Made by a program: the position numbers and the translations under genes. The notes beneath the pieces are model-generated. The model was not told the origin of the DNA, ran no database searches, and saw only the letters and a list, made by a program, of their open reading frames with translations. 64,000 bases of DNA from contig CAYFZR010000065.1 in NCBI GenBank assembly GCA_964347835.1, positions 19,496 to 83,495 of the forward strand, given 5' to 3'. The DNA is from an uncultured archaeon (lineage in GTDB: Archaea; CAYFZR01). Shown here piece after piece: positions 8,153 through 16,907 of this stretch (the first letter of the stretch is position 1; each line of letters begins with the position of its first letter).

Positions 8153-9073
8153 ATGAAAGAAAAAAATATCCTTGTAACAGGAGGTTGCGGATTTATAGGT
8201 TCTCACATTGCTGAATACTTTTGCGAATCGAATTATGTTACTATTGTAGATAACCTCTCAGCAGGTAGTTTGGAGAACATAAAGAAATTTAAGGATAGAA
8301 TTGTTTTTTTTAAGTCTGACTTGAACGATTTACCTAAATTAAACTTAGAAGATATAGATATAGTGTTTCATACCGCGGCGAGCGTATCTATAGAAAAATC
8401 TATCGAGGATCCTTTATTCGATGCTCAGACAAACATATTGGGTATCTTAAATACATTAGAAATGTGCAGAAAAAAGAATATAGAGAGATTTGTTTTTTCT
8501 TCCTCATCATCTGTATACGGAGATCCAACATACCTTCCTGTAGACGAAAAACATCCCTTAAATCCTAAGTCTCCCTACGCGATAAGTAAAAAGACTGGAG
8601 AAGATTACTGTAAAATTTACAACGATTTGTATGGATTGAAAACTGTTTCTTTAAGATATTTCAATGTTTTTGGACCTAGACAGAGAGCAAGCGACCCTTA
8701 TTCCGGAGTAATACCTATATTCTTGAATAAAATTAGGGAGCAAAAAACGCTTCCCATATATGGAGATGGAAATCAAACCAGAGATTTCATTCATGTTAAA
8801 GACGTTGTAAGAGCGAACATACTTGCTAGCAAATCAAAAGAGGCCACAGGAAATAAAATAAACATCGGGACAGGAAAAGAAACAAGTGTAAACCAACTTG
8901 TAAAATTATTACGAGATATATCTGGAAAAGAGTTGTCTGTGGAATTTCATCCACCGAGAGAAGGTGACATAAGAAAGAGCGTCGCTGACGTTTCTTTAGC
9001 GAAAAAAGTTCTTAAATTTGATGTCCTTACAACGTTAAAAGAAGGGTTGACAGATTTGTGGAAAAAAATATAA
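8153..9073 (+). CDS. NAD-dependent nucleoside-diphosphate-sugar epimerase/dehydratase (UDP-glucose 4-epimerase-like)
   Basis: 306 aa. Rossmann motif TGGCGFIGSH, catalytic YAISKK (YxxxK) and an SDR-extended layout. Confidence 0.85.
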   Translation: MKEKNILVTGGCGFIGSHIAEYFCESNYVTIVDNLSAGSLENIKKFKDRIVFFKSDLNDLPKLNLEDIDIVFHTAASVSIEKSIEDPLFDAQTNILGILNTLEMCRKKNIERFVFSSSSSVYGDPTYLPVDEKHPLNPKSPYAISKKTGEDYCKIYNDLYGLKTVSLRYFNVFGPRQRASDPYSGVIPIFLNKIREQKTLPIYGDGNQTRDFIHVKDVVRANILASKSKEATGNKINIGTGKETSVNQLVKLLRDISGKELSVEFHPPREGDIRKSVADVSLAKKVLKFDVLTTLKEGLTDLWKKI

Positions 9074-9117
9074 AAGAATAAAAAATGATATATATTTGTT
9101 CAAACAGATTGTCAGAC

Positions 9118-9813
9118 ATGAAAAAAGCGATTATAATCTCATTGGTCCTTTTGGCTTGTATTGGTTCTGTAAATTCTGCAGAAATCGACTCTCTCTTCGT
9201 ATCAAACAATGTTGTTTACATCTTATCTGATGATACCTTAACTGCTTTAAGCGAAGATGGTATACTCCTCTGGAAAACTAGGGCTAAAAACATACTTACA
9301 AGAGCGAATGGAGTGTTGTATGTTGTTTCAGATGGTTATCTTAAAGCCTTAGATCAGTACTCTGGAGAGGAGATATGGAAACTAAATATAGTTCCCTCTT
9401 ACCTCAGATACTCCAACAACTTACTCTATGCATACAATGGAGAAAAACTCAAAGTTCTGGACAAGAGAGGTTTGAGTATGTGGGAGACGGATGCTAGTTC
9501 TGAACCATTATTTTCCTCCGGAATTATATACTTAAGATCTAATGGCGAAATTTTAGCCTTAAATCAATATACAGGGGAAATATACTGGAGTTTTAAGGAT
9601 ACGGGTTATCCTCTCTTCGTATCAAATAATGTTGTTTACATCTTATCTGATGATACTTTAACTGCTTTAAGCGAAGATGGTATACTCCTCTGGAAAACTA
9701 GGGCTAAAAACATACTTACAAGAGCGAATGGAGTTTTGTATGTTGTTTCAAATGGGTATCTTAAAGCCTTAGATCAATACTCTGGAGAGGAGATATGGGA
9801 AATTCTCGTTTAG
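9118..9813 (+). CDS. Secreted PQQ-like beta-propeller repeat protein with recent internal duplication
   Basis: The track ORF starts at 9085, but the signal peptide begins at the Met at 9118 (MKKAIIISLVLLACIGSVNSA). Repeats of the G.LYVVS.GYLKALDQYSGEEIW type. Confidence 0.6.
   Translation: MKKAIIISLVLLACIGSVNSAEIDSLFVSNNVVYILSDDTLTALSEDGILLWKTRAKNILTRANGVLYVVSDGYLKALDQYSGEEIWKLNIVPSYLRYSNNLLYAYNGEKLKVLDKRGLSMWETDASSEPLFSSGIIYLRSNGEILALNQYTGEIYWSFKDTGYPLFVSNNVVYILSDDTLTALSEDGILLWKTRAKNILTRANGVLYVVSNGYLKALDQYSGEEIWEILV
9189..9798 (+). repeat. Intragenic direct repeat: two near-identical segments of about 190 bp (9189-9378 and 9609-9798), period 420 bp
   Basis: ctctcttcgtatcaaa.aatgttgtttacatcttatctgatgata.cttaactgctttaagcgaagatggtatactcctctggaaaactagggctaaaaacatacttacaagagcgaatggagt.ttgtatgttgtttca.atgg.tatcttaaagccttagatca.tactctggagaggagatatgg occurs twice, differing at only a handful of positions. 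Confidence 0.85.
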
Positions 9814-9903
9814 TCCCTATTTATTTCTTTTTGAGATGGAAAATTACCTAGTATTTATTTTATATTCGAAAAACGATCTTGTATCAAAGTAAAGATAATA
9901 AAA

Positions 9904-10149
9904 TTACGTTAAGATATCCATCGATTCGTAATCGTCAATGTCTTCGTAAAGCAATATCCTTGTTATATACGCGCGAAGTTCTTCCATTCTATGCAAAATA
10001 AATTGTACGTCTTCATGATCTCTATCCTTGACCTTTGGACTGCTGAGTATACTGATGAGAAAATTATGGCATTCCATGAGATTATTTTCTAACTCAAGCA
10101 ATTTATTCAAGGTTTCGATGTACTTTAATTTATATTCCATATACTCCAC
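9904..10149 (-). CDS. Hypothetical small protein
   Basis: 81 aa ORF with acidic C-terminus. Confidence 0.3.
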   Translation of the reverse strand: MEYMEYKLKYIETLNKLLELENNLMECHNFLISILSSPKVKDRDHEDVQFILHRMEELRAYITRILLYEDIDDYESMDILT

Positions 10150-10310
10150 ACCCTTCGTAACTATTTATTGATTGTTTAAAGTGTTAATATATAACATTCT
10201 CGATTCTGAAATCTTTATGTACCCGTCTTCTATTGTGAGACGAGTGCTCATACGCGCAAAAATTAATAAAAAAGTAATAAAAAAAAGATTAAAAGAGATT
10301 TAAGACGTAA

Positions 10311-10856
10311 TTATTGGCCTTCATCCTTACTTTTAGTATCCTCTTTTACAATCTTTATCCTTACTGGTATTCTGGGATGCTTTATCTCTCCTTCTTCATC
10401 CAGGTATCTGTCTAGGTCTACTAACTTGTTTAATTTTTGTTCAATGTTTCCTACCGTCTTTTTCATGAGCTCCACTGGAGGGATCGCCTCATAAATATAT
10501 GGCTTTTTGCCTACTTTTTCTGTTTCCGCCTTTTCTCTCCTGACAACTCCCATATCATGAAGGTCAACCAATGCTTCTCTTACGCTGCTCGGATACAAGA
10601 TGGTACCTTTCGCAATCTCCTGAGAAGTCGCCTTTCCAAATTTTCTAAGATATAAGTATATCTTAGCCTTGGTCTCTGTATTCAGGAAAAAAACCAATAG
10701 GTCAACAAAAGGCTTATCTATGTTGTCCAATCCATGTTTAAATCTCTCTTTACGTTCTTCTAACTTCAAACCTTCCTTTATTTTCTCCTTGTCAACTTCA
10801 ATTTTAACTTTCGTTTTCATACTTACCCCTTTATATTGTCCTTTTCTATAGGACAA
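10311..10856 (-). CDS. Winged-helix transcriptional regulator (TrmB/ArsR-like)
   Basis: 181 aa. Central HTH region AKIYLYLRKFGKATSQEIAKGTILYPSSVREALVDLHDMGVV is typical of archaeal wHTH regulators. Lys/Glu-rich N- and C-terminal tails. Confidence 0.55.
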   Translation of the reverse strand: MSYRKGQYKGVSMKTKVKIEVDKEKIKEGLKLEERKERFKHGLDNIDKPFVDLLVFFLNTETKAKIYLYLRKFGKATSQEIAKGTILYPSSVREALVDLHDMGVVRREKAETEKVGKKPYIYEAIPPVELMKKTVGNIEQKLNKLVDLDRYLDEEGEIKHPRIPVRIKIVKEDTKSKDEGQ

Positions 10857-10912
10857 AATATATATACTCCTTAATAAATCTTCCTATTATGCCCTATTAA
10901 ATAGGACAAATT
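10835..10912. promoter_or_regulatory. Divergent promoter region with inverted repeats (candidate operator of the adjacent wHTH regulator)
   Basis: TTGTCC-ttttctata-GGACAA (10835-10856), tcctatt..aatagga (about 10882-10906) and a third ggacaaa at about 10904-10910. A TATA-like ttttctata/ttatattg lies between the divergent genes. Confidence 0.3.
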
Positions 10913-10925
10913 AGGAGGTAAGATA

Positions 10926-11117
10926 TTGAAAAATACGTTTAAGTATAAGATAATCTTGCTCCTTGTATCGACTCTCATAGCTGCTTTACTAATAGAATTA
11001 GAGTTATTTAAGTTAATACTCTATGCTATATTGATTTATGTAATATTCATCTGGCTTAATGGTCAAATTTTTAAATATAAAAGTAAAAATTGGTTTTTTG
11101 TTTCAAGAAAACCATAA
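10926..11117 (+). CDS. Small membrane protein
   Basis: 63 aa, two hydrophobic helices. Confidence 0.25.
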   Translation: MKNTFKYKIILLLVSTLIAALLIELELFKLILYAILIYVIFIWLNGQIFKYKSKNWFFVSRKP

Positions 11118-11285
11118 ATACATGTATTGGTCTTGATTTTCATAATGTCTTTTTGGAGTTGGCTATTGTTTAATTATGTTATCAGATAACTATATGCCTA
11201 ATTATAATAGATTTGGAACTAATTTGGGACAAAAAAGGTCTAATTCTGGAAAATTTATTTCAACAGGTACATTTATGGTAACTTA

Positions 11286-11394
11286 GGGGGCTGGGAAAAA
11301 ATCTGGACTCCTACCTTTTCCCCTCAGGTGAAATACAAGACCCCTTTCCCCCTAAAATCCGCCATTTCGCCACCAATTCCGTCCCCAGCTCCCC
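11286..11394. other. GC-rich island bounded by a long-range helix (possible structured ncRNA)
   Basis: gggggctggg (11286-11295) can pair with cccagc(t)cccc (11383-11394) with a one-base bulge. The intervening about 90 nt is unusually C/G-rich (cccctttccccc, ccgccatttcgccacc) for this AT-rich genome. Overlapping ORFs are low-complexity. Confidence 0.2.
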
Positions 11395-11688
11395 ATAAAT
11401 TATGAAATTGGAATAGAGAGAGTGATTATAGGTGACAAATACTGAGAGAAAAGAAATAAAACCCCAAAAGGTTGAAAAAACATGTTCAACAAATTTCTGT
11501 CCACTCAGCAGGAAAGATTCATTGTTTATTATTATTGCTGGATTCATTTTGATTTTTATTGATAATCCTTATACAAGGTTTGTGGGATTTTTCCTTTTAG
11601 TAAGTGCATATATTCTGCCCTTAATAAAGCATTATATAAAATCCCGAAAACCACAAATTTACGACTCTGTATAGTGATGAATTTTATT

Positions 11689-12231
11689 TCATTCGTACAT
11701 AAATCCTTCTTCTGGATACTTTAAAGCGTTAATGATCTCTCTACAGAAATCTGGGAGATCGTTAGGCTTTCGAGAGGTAATCAGGTTACCATCAACTACC
11801 ACAGGTTTATCCAAATATTCAGCGCCCGCATTCACGACATCATCTTTTATCGCGATAAAGCAAGTAGCTTTTTTGCCTTTCAAAACTCCCGCAGAGACTA
11901 GAACGGAAGGACCGTGGCAGATGGCAGCAACTACTTTTCCAGAATCATTCATTTCTTTCACAAAATTAACAAGTTCAGGATATCTTCTCATGCGATCCGG
12001 TGCCCAACCTCCAGGGATAACCACTGCATCAAAATCCTTTGACTCAAAGTCTTTTATTTTTCCGTCAACAGTTACTGGATATCCGTGCTTGCTGTAATAG
12101 ACTTCTTCTCCAACTCCAACTACTGTAACCTCCGCTCCAGCCTCAATAAGTCTTAATTTAGGATACCAGAGTTCTAAATCTTCGTAGTCATTTTCTGCCA
12201 ACAATATAACTCGTCTCTTTGAAAGCTCCAT
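11689..12231 (-). CDS. pfpI: DJ-1/PfpI family intracellular protease/glyoxalase
   Basis: 180 aa with AICHGP nucleophile-elbow motif and a class I glutamine amidotransferase-like fold signature. Confidence 0.85.
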   Translation of the reverse strand: MELSKRRVILLAENDYEDLELWYPKLRLIEAGAEVTVVGVGEEVYYSKHGYPVTVDGKIKDFESKDFDAVVIPGGWAPDRMRRYPELVNFVKEMNDSGKVVAAICHGPSVLVSAGVLKGKKATCFIAIKDDVVNAGAEYLDKPVVVDGNLITSRKPNDLPDFCREIINALKYPEEGFMYE

Positions 12232-12318
12232 TTTGATTTCCCAAAAATTTTGGGAATAAACACTATAAATATTTTACACAATTCGATTTTAATTGGATAC
12301 AAGTTACGAAGCGAAGAG

Positions 12319-12492
12319 CTAACCTAACTTTAAATTCCAATTTATCTTGAAGCGCTGCCCGCACTGGGGACAGATTAACACTATCTCGTAATAATCTTCC
12401 CTTTTAATGAAGGAGACGTGAAAACCCTTGTCGTAACCGCAGGAATCGCAGGTATGGAACTCTTTTTCAATCTTTTTCTCTCTGATGTCCAT
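12319..12492 (-). CDS. Small zinc-ribbon protein (C-x2-C ... C-x2-C)
   Basis: Reverse-complement translation MDIREKKIEKEFHTCDSCGYDKGFHVSFIKREDYYEIVLICPQCGQRFKINWNLKLG (57 aa). Below the ORF-track size cut-off. Confidence 0.35.
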   Translation of the reverse strand: MDIREKKIEKEFHTCDSCGYDKGFHVSFIKREDYYEIVLICPQCGQRFKINWNLKLG

Positions 12493-12502
12493 GTCTCAAT
12501 CC

Positions 12503-13648
12503 TCAAGAGGACTTCCTTCCTCTAAATTCCATATACAAACTGTAATTGGTTATTAAAATAGCCCCCAGTCCAAAGATAATGGCAAAAAAGCTGATTATGC
12601 CTCCCAAATAAGGAATCCAAGTAACGAATAACAGTATGAAAAGCCCTAGTAAAAGTCCCCAGTACTGAGACGGGGTCTTCTCTTTGTAAAGCCGTTTAAG
12701 TGTCTCGTTTCCGATTAACAACCCTACGTAGATCTTACTGATGTAAAGAGTTATTATATAAAGTGCAAGAACTATCAAGGCCACAGGAATACCTACGATT
12801 GTTATCATAAGTATGAAGCTTGTTATAGGAATAATAAACAAAGCTATAAAACCTACGATGCCGGTTTTCAATGGAGAAGTTAAAATCGTATTCGTTATAT
12901 TGGATGAAACATCAGGAACGAAATAGATTAAAAGCGCCCCTAAAATCAATAACCATGTAAGCCCCAGTAATTTACCTAAGATTGTGCCTCCAATTCCTTT
13001 CTTCGGTTTTGCTGGTTTTTCTACAATTGTTGGTATAATTTTTCCATGAACGACAGCGCCTTCTTGAATAACTACCTCTTTTTGGCTTTTATATTTCAAG
13101 TTTCCCCCAATATCTGCAGAAGAAGAAAGAGTCAGACTATCACATTCCAAGGAAACGTCTCTTCCCACTTTTCCATTTAATCGAAATTCTTCTCCACCAC
13201 CTCTCAAGTCTCTTCCAACATCTCCGTTTATAACAATTTTACCTCCACCTACTATCAGGTCTCTACCAGTTTTTCCATTGATCTCCAAAGTTCCTCCGGC
13301 CAAGAAAGAATCGCCAATTACATCGGAACCAATCCTTACGTTGCCTCCCGCTGCTTTTAAATTATCTTTGACCGGGCTTTCAACGATAACAGTCCCTCCA
13401 AAAGCGAAGAGACTTCCGGACACATTGCCGTTTTGAATTATGGTTCCCGCAAATGCATAAACATCGCCATCCACGGTTCCTTCAATTGTGACGTATCCTC
13501 CAAAGAGATAGACATCATCTTCTATTGTCTGATCTTTGGCTATAGTAACAGTTTCTTCGGAAATAAACTCAGCGGCCGTAGATAATGATATTAAGATAAA
13601 TATCGAAAAAATTGAGAATAATAGCAATTTATTTTTTAGTCTCATCAT
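12503..13648 (-). CDS. Bactofilin-like (polymer-forming, Gly-rich beta-helix repeat) domain fused to a C-terminal multi-helix membrane domain
   Basis: 381 aa. Signal/anchor at the N-terminus. Repeated GDVYAFAGTI..GSLFAFGGTV..AAGGNVRIG..LAGGTLEING..VGGGKIVING motifs, then about five hydrophobic helices. Confidence 0.5.
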   Translation of the reverse strand: MMRLKNKLLLFSIFSIFILISLSTAAEFISEETVTIAKDQTIEDDVYLFGGYVTIEGTVDGDVYAFAGTIIQNGNVSGSLFAFGGTVIVESPVKDNLKAAGGNVRIGSDVIGDSFLAGGTLEINGKTGRDLIVGGGKIVINGDVGRDLRGGGEEFRLNGKVGRDVSLECDSLTLSSSADIGGNLKYKSQKEVVIQEGAVVHGKIIPTIVEKPAKPKKGIGGTILGKLLGLTWLLILGALLIYFVPDVSSNITNTILTSPLKTGIVGFIALFIIPITSFILMITIVGIPVALIVLALYIITLYISKIYVGLLIGNETLKRLYKEKTPSQYWGLLLGLFILLFVTWIPYLGGIISFFAIIFGLGAILITNYSLYMEFRGRKSS

Positions 13649-13716
13649 ATTTCACCATTTTTACTGACGATTCTAATTATCCATATATATTTTTTGGACG
13701 GGTCAAAAAAAATAAC

Positions 13717-14115
13717 TTAAAAAGTAATAATTGGGATGTCTAATGTAGAACTTATTTTTTCTACAATCATCTTTCTTTTCTTTGATATTATTATTGCGTC
13801 GACTTTTCTTTGACTCAGATATTTCATAACAGCCTGAACGTACATTAATGGATTTAATAGGTTGCATTCTCGAATTACACAACCTACAACGTTACGGAAA
13901 TCCAATACAACGTCCTCAAATGCCCTAAAAATGTCTAAAGATACTGGATCCTTTCCTCCATGAAGAATGAGTATGTCTAGAAGTTCTCCTTCCACGATCA
14001 TCTCGTATATCTCATCAAAGACGTCAATCCCCTGTACAGAATCAATTATGCATAGATACCTTCCCTTCATCTGAGGATGAAGCAGATTTTCCTCAATTCT
14101 CTCCACCGATATCAT
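13717..14115 (-). CDS. Hypothetical protein
   Basis: 132 aa ORF. Confidence 0.35.
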   Translation of the reverse strand: MISVERIEENLLHPQMKGRYLCIIDSVQGIDVFDEIYEMIVEGELLDILILHGGKDPVSLDIFRAFEDVVLDFRNVVGCVIRECNLLNPLMYVQAVMKYLSQRKVDAIIISKKRKMIVEKISSTLDIPIITF

Positions 14116-14349
14116 ACAAGTAATACTATGCGATTCGAAGAATTTAAAATTTTAGTAAACAGATATGGGGTATAATTCCCAAAAATAGTATTCAAAAGAA
14201 GTTAAATACAATATGAACAAATATGTAACAAAATTTACAAAATTGATCGGGTAAATAAGTTTCCTCAAAATTGTACAATTTTTCATCAAATTTTATCTCT
14301 TCTAGAACTGCGAATAGAGCGATTCAAGAGGCTTAGTCCAACTATTTTT

Positions 14350-14784
14350 TTATTTAAAAAATTCTGGGTAAATATTTATTCTTATCTCCATTGGCATCTC
14401 TTCCTTTAATAACTCAATGATTCTCCTATCGATGTCGCAGGCCGCTTTATTCGACTCTATCATCAGAGTTCTTCCGCACGTAAATTTACTTCTCCTTACA
14501 ACCATAGAATTTTTATCAGAGTAGGTTAGGTTTTGATGTCCTCTGCCCCCAACAACTTCAAAATAGTCCCCTACATGCAGTATTAACTCTATTCTTGTGT
14601 TACTCGATTTTACAACTTCTTTTATTTCTTCGCTGAACTCATTTAAAGCATGACTGGCCCTAAGGGCGATTATACAATCTGCTTTCTTTGTCATGTTTTT
14701 GTCCTTTGTTATTTCAAATGTAGAGCGATGATTAGCCGTTATGTTTTTATGGCCGATCGCATAGATTTTTAGTTGATGCTTCAT
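14350..14784 (-). CDS. DUF371-family archaeal protein
   Basis: 144 aa. N-terminus MKHQLKIYAIGHKNITANHRSTFEITKD resembles the conserved start of DUF371 proteins. Confidence 0.45.
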   Translation of the reverse strand: MKHQLKIYAIGHKNITANHRSTFEITKDKNMTKKADCIIALRASHALNEFSEEIKEVVKSSNTRIELILHVGDYFEVVGGRGHQNLTYSDKNSMVVRRSKFTCGRTLMIESNKAACDIDRRIIELLKEEMPMEIRINIYPEFFK

Positions 14785-14895
14785 TTTCCACTTTCCTCAT
14801 CTTTCCTATTTTAAAAGTGGTTATTTTAGAGGATAGTTATTTTATAAGTAAGACGTTTATACCGGGATTGTATAAATTTATCATGGCGTGATAAG

Positions 14896-15507
14896 TTGTA
14901 TTTCACCTGCCCAAGTTGCTCTCCTTATGAAGAGTTATTACACGAAATAATTGAGGATAAAAGCAAAGGATCTGTAAAACAGATCTTGATGAGATGCTCT
15001 AAATGTAATACCGTTCACAAGATATCTCTTACTGAAGAGAAAGTGAATCCTGTAAAAACAATAATAAGCAAAGGAAAAGAGTCTATAAGAACTACTCTTT
15101 ATCTGACAAGTGATTATCTTAATAAAGAGTTATCTATAGGAGACAGACTAGAATTAGATGAGTCTTTAATAATCTCTGCCATTGAGAATAAAAATAGAAA
15201 ACGCGTAAAGAGGGCAGATATTAAAGATATCGGAGTTTTATGGTGTAAAATTAAAGATTCTTCTATAAATATTACGATCAATCTTGGAAAGTATACGAAG
15301 AGTTTTAGAGTAAAAACGAATCCTGAAGACGTATTTAAAATAGGGGATGTTTACAAGATCGATAATCTTAACTTTATTGTACATGCAATAAGAGCAGGAG
15401 GTTCTACAAAGCGATATGGACAGTTCTCGGCTGAGAATATCGAAAGAATATACGGCAGGATAACCCCTATCAAAGCGACAAAAATACTGGACGTGACAGA
15501 ACCTTGA
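14896..15507 (+). CDS. Hypothetical protein with N-terminal zinc-ribbon (CPSC...CSKC)
   Basis: 203 aa. Overlaps the downstream pcm start by 4 nt, consistent with an operon. Confidence 0.45.
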   Translation: MYFTCPSCSPYEELLHEIIEDKSKGSVKQILMRCSKCNTVHKISLTEEKVNPVKTIISKGKESIRTTLYLTSDYLNKELSIGDRLELDESLIISAIENKNRKRVKRADIKDIGVLWCKIKDSSINITINLGKYTKSFRVKTNPEDVFKIGDVYKIDNLNFIVHAIRAGGSTKRYGQFSAENIERIYGRITPIKATKILDVTEP

Positions 15508-16166
15508 AGAATTATTATGAAAAAGAAAGGGAAAAAATGGTTAATTTTTTGGAGAGAACTGGATATATAATCTCAGAAGAAGTTAGAGATGCGATGCTAA
15601 AAGTTCCGAGACACCTTTTTGTTCCGGAGAATCAGAGACCTCATGCATACGAGGATAGACCTTTATACATAGGAATGGGTCAAACAATATCCGCCCCCCA
15701 CATGGTTGCGATAATGTGCGAGAACCTTGACCTAGAGTCTGCTCATCTTGTACTAGAGATTGGTGCTGGTTCGGGTTACCATGCGGCGATTATGGCTGAA
15801 ATAATTGGAAAAGACGGATGTGTAATTTCGATTGAAAGAATAAAAGAATTGGCTGATTTTGCACAAGAGAACTTGGAGAAGGCAGAATATTCGAATAGAG
15901 TAAAGATAGTTGTTGGAGACGGGACTTTAGGATACAAGAAGGACGCACCTTACGATAGAATCCTAGTTACAGCAGGTTCACCAAAAGTGCCCCCCTCTTT
16001 AACTGAACAGTTGAAGGTAACGGGAAAGCTTCTTATACCGATTGGAGATAGAACTTTACAGCACTTGATTAAGGTGGAAAAAGTATCTGAAAATGAATTG
16101 AGAGAAGATAACCTAGGTCCTTGTGTGTTCGTACCTTTAATAGGAAAAGAAGGCTGGAAAGCATAG
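15504..16166 (+). CDS. pcm: Protein-L-isoaspartate O-methyltransferase
   Basis: 220 aa. SAM-binding motif LEIGAGSGYHAA and a PIMT-typical C-terminal region. Confidence 0.9.
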   Translation: MKNYYEKEREKMVNFLERTGYIISEEVRDAMLKVPRHLFVPENQRPHAYEDRPLYIGMGQTISAPHMVAIMCENLDLESAHLVLEIGAGSGYHAAIMAEIIGKDGCVISIERIKELADFAQENLEKAEYSNRVKIVVGDGTLGYKKDAPYDRILVTAGSPKVPPSLTEQLKVTGKLLIPIGDRTLQHLIKVEKVSENELREDNLGPCVFVPLIGKEGWKA

Positions 16167-16177
16167 GAGGATGATTC

Positions 16178-16603
16178 ATGAAAATATCCCTGGTCAAGGA
16201 TATAATGATTGAAGAAGTTCTTTTCACAGACGTTTCTTCTTCCATTAACGAAGTCGCGAATCTCATGAGTACAAAAGACGTCGGAAGTCTCGTTGTTATA
16301 GAAGATGAAAAACCTATAGGCATTATAACCGAGAGAGACATATTGAAGAAGGTGGTAGCAAAAGGGTTGGATCCCGGGGAAACTAAAGTTTCAGAGATAA
16401 TGCATACTCCCCTTATAACCATAGATTCAGAATCCTCAATATTTCAAGCAGCAGAATTGATGAACATAAACAAGATAAGAAGGCTTCCTGTAGTCAAAGG
16501 TGAGAAAATAGTAGGTATAATAACCGTTTTCGATATAATGAGTCATTACAGAGAGGTTGCTGGTTGGATAATCGAGACATTAACTCCGATGTTTCAGCCT
16601 TAA
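16178..16603 (+). CDS. CBS-domain pair protein
   Basis: 141 aa with two CBS motifs (GSLVVIED.., RRLPVVKGEKIVGIITVFD). Confidence 0.8.
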   Translation: MKISLVKDIMIEEVLFTDVSSSINEVANLMSTKDVGSLVVIEDEKPIGIITERDILKKVVAKGLDPGETKVSEIMHTPLITIDSESSIFQAAELMNINKIRRLPVVKGEKIVGIITVFDIMSHYREVAGWIIETLTPMFQP

Positions 16604-16606
16604 CAC

Positions 16607-16903
16607 GACCTTCAAAAAGGTCGATCATTTGGTCGAATTCGCTAACGCGAATTCAACAACTCAAATAGCAATAAACGTGCGATCTTCAAAACGCTCAACA
16701 ATCGAGGATTCTCGTGAGAGGTCGATCATTCGATAACATCGCAACCTTTTATAAAGGTTGAACAAAGGCACCACCTCCACCTTTTATAAAGGTGGAGCAA
16801 TGCTACTCCTGTTTGAGATGTTGAATTGCGAAGCAATTCGACCTGATGATCCACCTTTCAGAAGGTGGAATTCGACCTGATGATCCACCTTTCAGAAGGT
16901 GGA
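16607..16903. repeat. Array of about eight short hairpins/palindromes, including a 34-bp tandem direct repeat, directly upstream of tRNA-Ile
   Basis: cgacc-ttcaaaaa-ggtcg, gaattcgc-taac-gcgaattc, caacc-ttttataaa-ggttg, ctccacc-ttttataaa-ggtggag, gaattgc-gaa-gcaattc, and attcgacctgatgatccacctttcagaaggtgga x2 (16836-16903). Confidence 0.75.
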
Positions 16904-16907
16904 GGTT

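Noticed and set aside
11311-11674. Overlapping ORFs 11311-11547 (-) and 11432-11674 (+)
   Set aside because: They overlap each other across the C/G-rich island, and the translations are low-complexity. Treated as a possible ncRNA region instead. The + ORF's hydrophobic tail could still be a small membrane protein, but it is unsupported.
16600-16905. Possible CRISPR array or C/D-box sRNA upstream of tRNA-Ile
   Set aside because: Only one 34-bp unit is repeated (twice, with no spacer), the other hairpins differ in sequence and spacing, and no cas genes are present. UGAUGA occurs twice but no correctly placed CUGA D/D' boxes were found.
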